Source of the DNA: a virus
DNA length: 64,000 nucleotides
Strand: one strand, 5' to 3'
Virus record (IMG/VR): IMGVR_UViG_3300013233_000109
Span: 1 to 64,000 of that record
Part shown: positions 19,274 to 28,000 of the stretch, piece after piece
Layout: the number at the start of each line of letters is the position of its first letter
Position numbering within the stretch: the first letter of the stretch is position 1
Translations under genes and position numbers: made by a program
Notes under the pieces: model-generated
What the model was told of the DNA's origin: nothing
What the model saw: the letters and a program-made list of their open reading frames with translations, nothing else
The model's database searches: none

Positions 19274-19302
19274 AGTATAACATAATTTGATACGCAAGTC
19301 AA
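19274..19302 (-). promoter_or_regulatory. Sigma70-type promoter for the GT/radical-SAM operon
   Basis: TTGACT-17 nt-TATACT on the minus strand. Confidence 0.75.
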
Positions 19303-19331
19303 AATAAAAGAGCTATAAAAGCCCTTTTATT
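19303..19331 (-). terminator. Intrinsic terminator ending the tail-fibre transcription unit
   Basis: AATAAAAGGGC-TTTTATA-GCTCTTTTATT on minus strand (G.U only in this orientation), running into TTTTATTTT. Confidence 0.75.
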
Positions 19332-19356
19332 GTATTACTGTATTGCTAGCTAGATA

Positions 19357-20310
19357 CTATGCTTGTGATACGGTAGCATTTACGTTAGTAGGTGTTCCCC
19401 ACGAATTAGCAATTGATGTTGTGCTAGGTTGGCGTAAATCACATTGTGATGTTAGCGTTCCACCTACTATATCTAAAGTTGCGTTAAAAGCTTCGTCTGC
19501 TGCTGCGTCAACAAATTGTACTTCAAATACTACGTTGTTACTTGCTGTTGATTTAACAAATATCTCAATATAGTTAGCAGTATAAGGAGCAGTATCGGCA
19601 AATTGCTTAAATATTGATACGTTTGAGGCTGTTATATCCGCAATGCCTGTTGCTGCTGCGATGGTTGCTGTTCCGGCACCGCCTATTTTATTAGTGCCAG
19701 TGTAAGCAACACCTGCTATAGTCGCTGTATCAATTCCTAGCGAATATACAATAGTACCTGCTTGCGTACACAAGTCGGTCCATTCGGTATTTTTGTTATT
19801 TACTGTTCCGCCGCTTCGTGCAGTATTAATTGCTATTGTGCCGCCTGCGTTAAAGAAACTTTGCAGGGATTCGCCATCTGTGAATGTAGCAGTATGTGTT
19901 AAAATTGTGCTTGTTGTCCACTCTCCGGTTATTGTTGCAGTATCTGTAATTGCTGCACCTTGTGCTGCTGCGTTTGATGTGTTAGCAAAAACTGCATCTA
20001 CGTTTGCTTGCATTGCTGCTATAGCTGAAATTGTTGTTCCTGCTGTTGGCGCTGCAACCGCAGTAAGGGTAGTACCTTGATGCGTTGCTATTGTGCTAAT
20101 GCGGTTTACTAAGTCTGCCCACTGTGTAGCTGATATTGTTGAACCAACTGATGTAGCTGCTAATGTGCCAGATTGCCCGTAGCCTTTAGCTCCGGTGCCT
20201 GCTCCCCATATAGTGTTTACGTTTGCTACAGCATGATTAACTGCTGCTCCGCCTTGTACAAAAGTATTGTATTCTGCGCTGTTGATTGTTTGACCTGATG
20301 CGTATGACAT
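19357..20310 (-). CDS. Virion structural protein (tail-fibre/baseplate associated)
   Basis: Thr/Ala/Gly-rich; GYGQ, ISATQWADL, FFNAGG, KNTEWTDL; sits after the fibre genes. Confidence 0.7.
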   Translation of the reverse strand: MSYASGQTINSAEYNTFVQGGAAVNHAVANVNTIWGAGTGAKGYGQSGTLAATSVGSTISATQWADLVNRISTIATHQGTTLTAVAAPTAGTTISAIAAMQANVDAVFANTSNAAAQGAAITDTATITGEWTTSTILTHTATFTDGESLQSFFNAGGTIAINTARSGGTVNNKNTEWTDLCTQAGTIVYSLGIDTATIAGVAYTGTNKIGGAGTATIAAATGIADITASNVSIFKQFADTAPYTANYIEIFVKSTASNNVVFEVQFVDAAADEAFNATLDIVGGTLTSQCDLRQPSTTSIANSWGTPTNVNATVSQA

Positions 20311-20330
20311 ATATTATTTTCCTATTTAAA

Positions 20331-21773
20331 TTAGTTTATGCGTACAATCGCTTCGACTGTACCTTCTGTTACTGTAGATTTATTTTCTAAAGATCTACCT
20401 ATAACGTTAAAAGCAGTTATTTCATTAATACTTGCTGCTCTTGCGAGACCGTTTCCTGCTGAAACTAATCTATCACCTTTGTTTATTTCACCTACTACAC
20501 GAACTGGAACTCGACCACTTAGCGCAACTGGTGGATGTGTTTCATTTGAGCCTGCTTCGCTATTCATCAAGTAAGCTACGTTTGTGCTTATTACACCAAA
20601 GACATTGTCTGTTAAATCTGATTGTACAGCTTGTATCTCTGCTGTTCCACCTAATTCAACCACTGTTCCGGGTGCAAGTACTTCGTTAGATTCAAATCGT
20701 TCAGCTAAATCAGCATACTGTGCTGTTGTTGCTGTGCCTTGGAATATGTTTGCAAATAAATCACCCGACACATCACGTGATGCTACTGTTAATGCGACTG
20801 CAGCTGAATTGCGTGTCTGACCATCTAACAAATCAGCATCTAATCCTGACCCACTACCATCAACAGTTTTAATTGATGCTAGTAGTTGTGCTGCTGTTTG
20901 CCCTACTGTAGCAGCATCGACATAACTTTTGTTAGTAGCATCTGTTGAATTAACTGGATTGCCTACATTAATTACTTGATTCCCACTTAGATTTAAGTCT
21001 GCTACTAGTGCCACAGATCCATCTGCTAATAAAGCTGTTGAGTTACCAACTACATTGCTAACTTGTGTATCAACATATAGCTTAGTTGCTGCGTCTGTGT
21101 CGTTAGCTGGGGCATTAAGTCCTGTTAATTCCCCGGCACTAGTGCCTGATATATTTTGTAAATTTACAATACCTGTAATAGCATCGGCACGTACTATGCG
21201 ATCCGTCTCAAATGTCGCACCACTTAGCGGATCAATTAATGATTCTGCTGCGGTAGCTGTACCTTGAAAACGTGGGTCAAGCCCGGCGCCTAGCGCATCG
21301 TCAGCTGCTAGCGTGATGCCTGTTTTTATTGTTGTAAAACCCGAGACACTCACTGATGGGGTAAATTCGGCATCTGGGCTAATAATGGCAACTACTTTAT
21401 TTCCTGTTACAATTTTTACAATATCGTGCGGCACTGATGATGTATCTAATATTTCCTCATCTAACACACCGGTTGCTAAGTTAATAGGGCGAACTGGTAC
21501 GAACCCAGCTACACCGTCTGATACGTTTAGTTGTTTATTTACAGTGTCGTACCATAATTGCCCTTCTATTGGGTTTGCTGGTGGTGTGATGTTCGCATGT
21601 GACTCCAGTAATCTAACGAAGTTCTCGTTAAATACTTCACCGTAATTAGCAGTATTTTTACCAATTAAAGTGATGCTAGTAGTAGAGTCTGCTTTGCCGT
21701 CTGCTAAGATGCCGTCTGTGCTATTTCCTAGTACAAGTGGAGCACCACTGGTTTTGTTTATTATATAAGCCAT
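20331..21773 (-). CDS. Tail fibre 1 with C-terminal autoproteolytic/chaperone-like (Peptidase_G2-like) domain
   Basis: LIGKNTANYGE..NENF..LLE..P.NP.EGQLWYD N-terminus; DA.(N/T)K.YVD repeats; DGSGSGLDAD; YADLAERF..PGTVV..GVIST..PVALSGRVPV..KGDRLVS. Confidence 0.8.
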   Translation of the reverse strand: MAYIINKTSGAPLVLGNSTDGILADGKADSTTSITLIGKNTANYGEVFNENFVRLLESHANITPPANPIEGQLWYDTVNKQLNVSDGVAGFVPVRPINLATGVLDEEILDTSSVPHDIVKIVTGNKVVAIISPDAEFTPSVSVSGFTTIKTGITLAADDALGAGLDPRFQGTATAAESLIDPLSGATFETDRIVRADAITGIVNLQNISGTSAGELTGLNAPANDTDAATKLYVDTQVSNVVGNSTALLADGSVALVADLNLSGNQVINVGNPVNSTDATNKSYVDAATVGQTAAQLLASIKTVDGSGSGLDADLLDGQTRNSAAVALTVASRDVSGDLFANIFQGTATTAQYADLAERFESNEVLAPGTVVELGGTAEIQAVQSDLTDNVFGVISTNVAYLMNSEAGSNETHPPVALSGRVPVRVVGEINKGDRLVSAGNGLARAASINEITAFNVIGRSLENKSTVTEGTVEAIVRIN

Positions 21774-21800
21774 GAATTTTTTCCTGTTATTCGTTGTTTG

Positions 21801-21808
21801 TATTTATG
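21801..21808 (-). promoter_or_regulatory. T4-like late promoter (CATAAATA)
   Basis: Lies ~28 nt upstream of the fibre-1 start; the same motif precedes many structural genes. Confidence 0.7.
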
Positions 21809-21828
21809 CATTTCTAATACTAAGCATA

Positions 21829-22038
21829 TTATGTCGGTGGATTAATATCAGCTTTCATTACTGCTAAATTGTTAGCAAAATCAACTTCTACCGCATTTTC
21901 CATTGTTGTGTTTATGTAGGTTGTATATTCTAAGTATTCCGGAGTTAGATTTTCTTCACTAGTGAATATAATTTCTACTCCGTCGCTATCTCGTGTCACG
22001 CCAATGATATTATCATTAACCATTATAAATGTATACAT
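21829..22038 (-). CDS. Small hypothetical protein (possible fibre accessory)
   Basis: 69-aa ORF coupled (TAATG) to the adhesin gene. Confidence 0.6.
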   Translation of the reverse strand: MYTFIMVNDNIIGVTRDSDGVEIIFTSEENLTPEYLEYTTYINTTMENAVEVDFANNLAVMKADINPPT

Positions 22039-22910
22039 TATACTGCTACTCCTCGTCTATCGCCATTAACTAACCACGTAACAAAACTCGCACCGTCAAC
22101 ATAAGCTCCGGCTCGACCAGTATGCCCGGTAGAATTGAAATTACCACCGTATATGCCGTTTTGCCCTAGTGCGCCACCTGTTGCTGGATATGTGTTGCCG
22201 TGTGTGCCAAGTCCGCCGGCAAATTTTGTGCCTCTGGATCCGTAACCAGCAGCTGATGGATAGCCGAAACCGCCGTAACCTGGTACTGAACCTGCTCCGC
22301 CACCGCCGCCGATGGAGTTACCACCGCTGCCATCGCCGCCAGCTCCGCCACCACCACCACCGGCTATTAGATTATTATTAGTAATCGATGTGGTTAGTTG
22401 TATAAGTAGCGCGTCGCCGCCGGCATAATGACCGCCGCGTAAACGTGTAGTAGCATTGGGCGTGAGGTAGGATCCACCACCACCACCTGCTCCTATTACT
22501 TCACCGTTGTTGATTATTGTTAATGTGGATCCTGCTGGGAAGGTGCCCGATGTTATTGCCGGGCCTGCTATTGTTTGTAATCTATTTTGATTTACACCGC
22601 TAACTGATACAGCTGACCCTACTACTACACCGGCGTTTATTGTTAATGTTACTGCTGTTGGGCCGGGTAATGCAGCACCGTATAATGCTGTGGCTGCGGA
22701 GAATACGTTATAATTGTTTGTATTGGCGGATATTACTAAATTAAGTGAGATTACACTGGACTCACCGTAGAAGTCACTCCACTTTATTGTGCCCGACGCT
22801 GGTAAACCTGAGGACGCACCGTAGTACTCTGTTGGCGAAAATGGATTTGTGCCGCCGAATTCCCCTGTGATATCAGCTGTATTGATCGGCCCTGTTGTTT
22901 GTAATGTCAT
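22038..22910 (-). CDS. Glycine-rich tail-fibre tip adhesin (T-even gp38-like)
   Basis: N-terminal MTLQTTGPI..EFGG..LPASGTIKWSDFYG; IINNGEVIGAGGGGG, IAGGGGGGAGG, GGGGAG polyglycine motifs; follows an S74-type fibre. Confidence 0.78.
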   Translation of the reverse strand: MTLQTTGPINTADITGEFGGTNPFSPTEYYGASSGLPASGTIKWSDFYGESSVISLNLVISANTNNYNVFSAATALYGAALPGPTAVTLTINAGVVVGSAVSVSGVNQNRLQTIAGPAITSGTFPAGSTLTIINNGEVIGAGGGGGSYLTPNATTRLRGGHYAGGDALLIQLTTSITNNNLIAGGGGGGAGGDGSGGNSIGGGGGAGSVPGYGGFGYPSAAGYGSRGTKFAGGLGTHGNTYPATGGALGQNGIYGGNFNSTGHTGRAGAYVDGASFVTWLVNGDRRGVAV

Positions 22911-22911
22911 A

Positions 22912-24399
22912 TTATTTTTTTAATGCTGCTACGTCTGCTTGAAGCTCTTTAATGGCCTCGATTAATAAACCTACTAAGTTTCCATACGCTACTGATTTTA
23001 ATCCACTCTCGGATGTTGTAACCACCTCCGGCAATACTGCTTCAATTTCTTGAGCAATGACCCCGGCGTAGCGTTTATTATCATTGATGTCGTTTCTTGT
23101 AAATGTTACACCGTTAATTTTACCTAGTTTTGCTAATGCATCAGGTATTGTTTCTATATTATCTTTTAAAGATCTGTCGGAGAATGCTGTGATATCACCT
23201 GTCGAGACAATTGATCCAGCTACATTCACTACTCCTGTTAATTGTGGATTTGCTTTGTTAGCTTTTAGACTCAAATCTGTTTGTAATGCAAATGCTGTGG
23301 AATCTAATCCATCTAATGTGTCAGCATCTAGTCCTGATCCGCTACCATCTACTGTCTTGATTGCTGTTAAGATTTGCGCTGCTGTTTGCGTTGCTGAATC
23401 AACATAACTTTTGTTTGCGGCATCTGCTGAATTAACTGGATTACCTAAGTTAATTAATCTATTATTGTTGAAACTTAAATTGCCGGTTACAGGAATAGTT
23501 CCATCTGCTGCAACTACTGTTGCAATTTCAGTATCGACATAACTTTTGTTTGCAGCATCTCCTACATTTAATGGATTACCTACATTAATTATCTGATTGT
23601 TACCTAGGTTGAAATCAGCTGCCATTGCTACAGATCCGTTAGCAAATAATACACCCGACAGCTGGCTTGCTGCTATAGCAGATACGATTTCTGTGTCGAC
23701 ATATAATTTGTTTGCTGCGTCTGTATTGCTTGCTGGTGTGTTAAGTCCTGTTAGTTCTCCAGCATTGGTGCCTGATATATTCTGCAAATTAATAATCCCA
23801 GTCGTTACGTCAGCACGTACTATGCGATCAGTTTCAAAGATTGCTCCGTTTACTGGGTCAATCAATGAATATGCTGAATCAGCGGTGCCGGTTAATGTAG
23901 GGGTTATTCCTAGTGCTAATGAATTATTAGCTACTAACTGAATGCCAGGGGATATTGTTGGAAATCCTGCTATGCTTACTGCTGGAGTAAATTCAGGGTC
24001 TGGGCTGATTATTGCTACAATTTTTCCACCAGCTATAATTTTTACTATCTCGTGCTCTGCTGATATTGTATCTAATATCGTTTCATCTAGTACCCCTGTT
24101 GCTAAATCAAGTGGGCGGACTGGCACGAAACCATTTAATTCATCGTATACATTTAATTGTTTTTTTGTTGTATCAAACCATAATTGCCCAGTTAATGGGT
24201 TTGCTGGTTCTGTTACATTAGCATTAGATTCTAGTAACTTAATAAAATTCTCATTGAATGCTTCGCCGTAATTGGCAGTATTTTTGCCAATTAATGATAC
24301 ACTCATTGACGAGTCGGTTTCGCCATCTTCTAATACCCCGTCGACACTGTTAGTAAGTGTTGCTGGCACTCCGTTGGTTTTGTTTATTATGTACGCCAT
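22912..24399 (-). CDS. Tail fibre 2 with Peptidase_S74-type intramolecular chaperone
   Basis: N-terminus paralogous to fibre 1; GDITAF/SDRSLKDNI..ALAKL..INGVTF..GVIAQEIEAVLPEVV..KSVAYGNLVGLLIEAIKEL. Confidence 0.88.
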   Translation of the reverse strand: MAYIINKTNGVPATLTNSVDGVLEDGETDSSMSVSLIGKNTANYGEAFNENFIKLLESNANVTEPANPLTGQLWFDTTKKQLNVYDELNGFVPVRPLDLATGVLDETILDTISAEHEIVKIIAGGKIVAIISPDPEFTPAVSIAGFPTISPGIQLVANNSLALGITPTLTGTADSAYSLIDPVNGAIFETDRIVRADVTTGIINLQNISGTNAGELTGLNTPASNTDAANKLYVDTEIVSAIAASQLSGVLFANGSVAMAADFNLGNNQIINVGNPLNVGDAANKSYVDTEIATVVAADGTIPVTGNLSFNNNRLINLGNPVNSADAANKSYVDSATQTAAQILTAIKTVDGSGSGLDADTLDGLDSTAFALQTDLSLKANKANPQLTGVVNVAGSIVSTGDITAFSDRSLKDNIETIPDALAKLGKINGVTFTRNDINDNKRYAGVIAQEIEAVLPEVVTTSESGLKSVAYGNLVGLLIEAIKELQADVAALKK

Positions 24400-24423
24400 G
24401 AATTTTTCCTGTGTTTATGTGTG

Positions 24424-24431
24424 TATTTATG
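24424..24431 (-). promoter_or_regulatory. T4-like late promoter (CATAAATA)
   Basis: Same spacing and leader (ACAGGAAAAATTCATGGC) as upstream of fibre 1. Confidence 0.7.
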
Positions 24432-25068
24432 CTGCTGATAGTGATGTTAAAGTCTGTATTCTCACTGTGTAATCTATTTGTATCTGTCTGTTTAATGATT
24501 TCTGCACTGGATGAAAAACAACATGCGTAATTAAACGTGGATTGTTAACATCGCCTGTATATGATTTAAGCCCTAACTCGTCGAATACAAATTCGCCATC
24601 TAGCTGCGTAGCATTATCAAATGCTTGCTGGCCACTTGGTTCTCCGTAATCTAAAAGACACGACACAAGTATATCAGTGTACACTTTGCCGCTAGTGTGT
24701 AACACTGTTAAATTGTTGCGAGTGGTGTCGGTGTTTGCAGTTGAATTGTCATCTACTACTTTACTATAGGTTTCGCTATACAAATCGGCATTTTGGCCTG
24801 TGCTGTTAGCTGGCAAATAAGTAATAACACCAGTAGGATCTACTGTTGTACCACCGTTTCCGAACGACATTTGATATATGTGACCAATGCCCTTATTTGC
24901 TAACATTTCAGCTAGTGATTCACTGAAATTCTCGTGATGTATAGCATTTTTCTTCTCTAGTATTACTTCACCGGTGGTTGGATCTGTGATTTTAATATGC
25001 CCCTGCACATGAAAACCAGCATGCTCGTTAACTGGCTTACTTTCTTTAGACTCTTTCTTATCATTCAT
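24427..25068 (-). CDS. Virion structural protein (baseplate-associated); start probably ATG 25068
   Basis: GHIKITD..KKNAIH.ENFS, FGNGG, LDYGEP.GQ, FVFDELGL, THVVFHPVQKSLNR; GATAAATA just upstream. Confidence 0.75.
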   Translation of the reverse strand: MNDKKESKESKPVNEHAGFHVQGHIKITDPTTGEVILEKKNAIHHENFSESLAEMLANKGIGHIYQMSFGNGGTTVDPTGVITYLPANSTGQNADLYSETYSKVVDDNSTANTDTTRNNLTVLHTSGKVYTDILVSCLLDYGEPSGQQAFDNATQLDGEFVFDELGLKSYTGDVNNPRLITHVVFHPVQKSLNRQIQIDYTVRIQTLTSLSAA

Positions 25069-25085
25069 GTTCTTATTTATCACTT

Positions 25086-28000
25086 TTAAATACCTTCATT
25101 TTTAATGAATAATGCTTGCTCCGAGAACTGATCTTCTAGTCTCGGTATTTTAACATTAAAGTCGTACGGTTCAGCTCCGAACCCGACTTCCTCTGGTGGT
25201 GCTAAGTTAATAACAATATTATTAATTATAACAATATTATCATTAAATGGATCAAAACCTAAATTATTAATTTCATACCAGCTATTTGCATAACTTATAA
25301 TATCTATGTACATAATGTCGGTTGGTGTAAACACACCTGGGTCACCAATAAATGATAACTCTATATCCGGTAATAAATTAGCTCTATTAAACCCACTAGC
25401 TGCTGGATCTTTGACATCCAATGGCTTAGTGCCTACTGCTTTAGTTTGAAATCTATTAAATTTTGCATCATTTAACTTAATTGATAATTTGCCTGTTCTA
25501 CCATTAAATCCAGGTAGTACTAAGCTGTATCGTACTTTACCACGCGGAGCTGGCTCTTGTATGAAATCATTTACTGTAAATTCTAGTGCTGTTAATACTG
25601 TAGTTTTTACTGGCACTTGTGTTTCTCTATTAGCATTATAAATTAGACTACCTGCTAAATGGCCGGTGTCGCTTGCTCCGGGTACCGCCTCGGCATCTGC
25701 CGTTAGCAATACGTTATCGGCTGTAATACTAGTGTCATTTACTGTAAATTGTTCTGGCGTTGTGATCATTGTTCCGGTGCCGGCTGTTCCTCTGCGTAAA
25801 CCATATAATGTAGTAGGCGTTTTATTTAAATATGTAATACGTTCGCCGTTTATTGTTATTATTCCGAATAATCCTTGAGATGGTACTGGCGTAAATAAAT
25901 TACTAGTGTCATCTACGTGTATCACCTCATCGCTAGCATACAACGGTGATGATAGTGTTGCTTCTACTGTTGGATGTAGCGTGTAATGCGCATAATTGCC
26001 TCGCATATCTTGGAAATATCTAAAATCTACGGTCCTGGCATCTGGCGCTTCTATGAAATTACCTTGGTCGATTGTCCCGAATCGTGTACGCACTGTTAAT
26101 AATAATGTGTCAAACATTTGCCCGGGCACTAATTCTTCCGGAGCGTGTGAACTGTACGTGTCTACAAATCCGCCACCTACGACGTCAACGTCCGATGGGC
26201 GAGTGCCGTTATATTCATCTAGCGAGTCTGAATATCCAACTATTGAATACTCATTATTTGTATACACTGTGTTATCTAATATATTTTGCCCGGGGAATTT
26301 ACTAGCATATTCGGCATCTAATATATTCTCGTTAAATGTTGGGAATCCAAGATTATCTAATGTTACGTTATCGTACTTACCGAAATCATACGGTGTTAAA
26401 TCGTAGCCATCTATTGTATTAAAATCTACACCGTTTATTTGAACTCCTGGGTATTCTAGTCCATTTATTAGCATCGGTATGTTCAAACCTTTATCGTTAG
26501 CTCCTGGCTCGTAAAATCCCTGTGTTCTGTCCATTCCGCTTAACTCTTCTATATCAACTAACGTATGTTGCGATGGTATAAATTTTTCATCATTTATATT
26601 TAATAAGCCCGAGTTTACTGTGTATACACTACTGTTATATTTTACTAAAATTTCATCGGATATATTATCAAAGGCGATGGTATCAAACGGAGCCGTGTCG
26701 TATCCTGTTGATATTTGCGAACTACTATTAATTCTAGCTAATCTATCTGCACTGGCATTTTCTTCTATTTTTATATAATCAGCTTCGTTTAGTGGCCATG
26801 TATATACATTCGTATTGTATTCATACCTATCATACTTAATGGTTGTTGTAAATGATCTAACTAAATCATTTTTCGTTACTATTCTAGCTGTTGCGTCTAA
26901 TCCATTACCTCCCTCGATTAAAACAGTTGGTGTAGTTGTAAATCCGCTGCCCTGGGTTTCGATGTAAATACTTGTTACTAATCCATCGCTATCTATTCTT
27001 GCTTTAGCAACAGGCAGAATGTTAGCGTCACCAGTGATGGTTATTGTGGGTATTTCTGTATAATTAATGCCAGGGTTAATTAGTTCTATACTATCTATAA
27101 TAATCTGCCTGTTATTAAACCATTGATTATGCGGGTATGCTGACCATATGCTATCGCTTGCTAGTGTATTGCTATCTTCTGTTAATAATAATGCTCCGTC
27201 GTCTAATACTGGACTAATAAATTTGCTGTATGGAGCACTGTATATTGACGGACAATCGAAATCTGTAATTACATTGTCATTTAAATCTGTTGCTGTGTAC
27301 GATAATTTAAAGTCTTTGATTTTTGTATGATACGGTTTTACTTCGTTTATATAATCTATTACATAATCTTGGTTGTCTTTGTTAAACACAGCATACGGCA
27401 ATAATTCGCGTACTTTGTGATTAACATCTATTAGACTAGTTTTATTTAACCAGTGCACATTTTCTTGCTCTGACAGGATATAATTGAATACTGATATTAA
27501 CAATATATTACGCTCAATTTTTAAATCATTAGTTAGTATTTCTTCGTTAATTGATTTTAATATATTACGCAATTCGCTAAGAGGTTCTTCGTCGAACTTC
27601 TGTACTTCGTATACTTCAAAATCGTACCCATAACGTAATAGGCTGTAATCGTACAAGGCCGCACTAAATTCTAGTGTGCCATCTTGGACTGCTACTCTGG
27701 TCCAGCTATTGTTGCTATATTGATATAATTCCCATTTACTGGCACTGTTGTCTAATACTTTAACAAATGTTACTACATTAAAATCAACCGAGTCTAGCTC
27801 ATTGATTGTTTGTACAGTTAATTGTATTTTCTCAGATTTGGAGCTGGCTGTTTTATACCAATCTACTGTTTTCCAGAATCGCGTAGTATCAAAACTCTGC
27901 ACTCTTGTTAACTTTAATATTTTTGCGGGGGTTACCTCGTGTATTGTCCAGAATCCGCCCACTGATTCATTTGATACTACTAAGTATTTGAACCCTGCTG

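Noticed and set aside
20331-24399. Diversity-generating retroelement or invertible shufflon at the duplicated fibres
   Set aside because: No reverse transcriptase or recombinase in the window; the copies are co-oriented and their differences are not adenine-specific.
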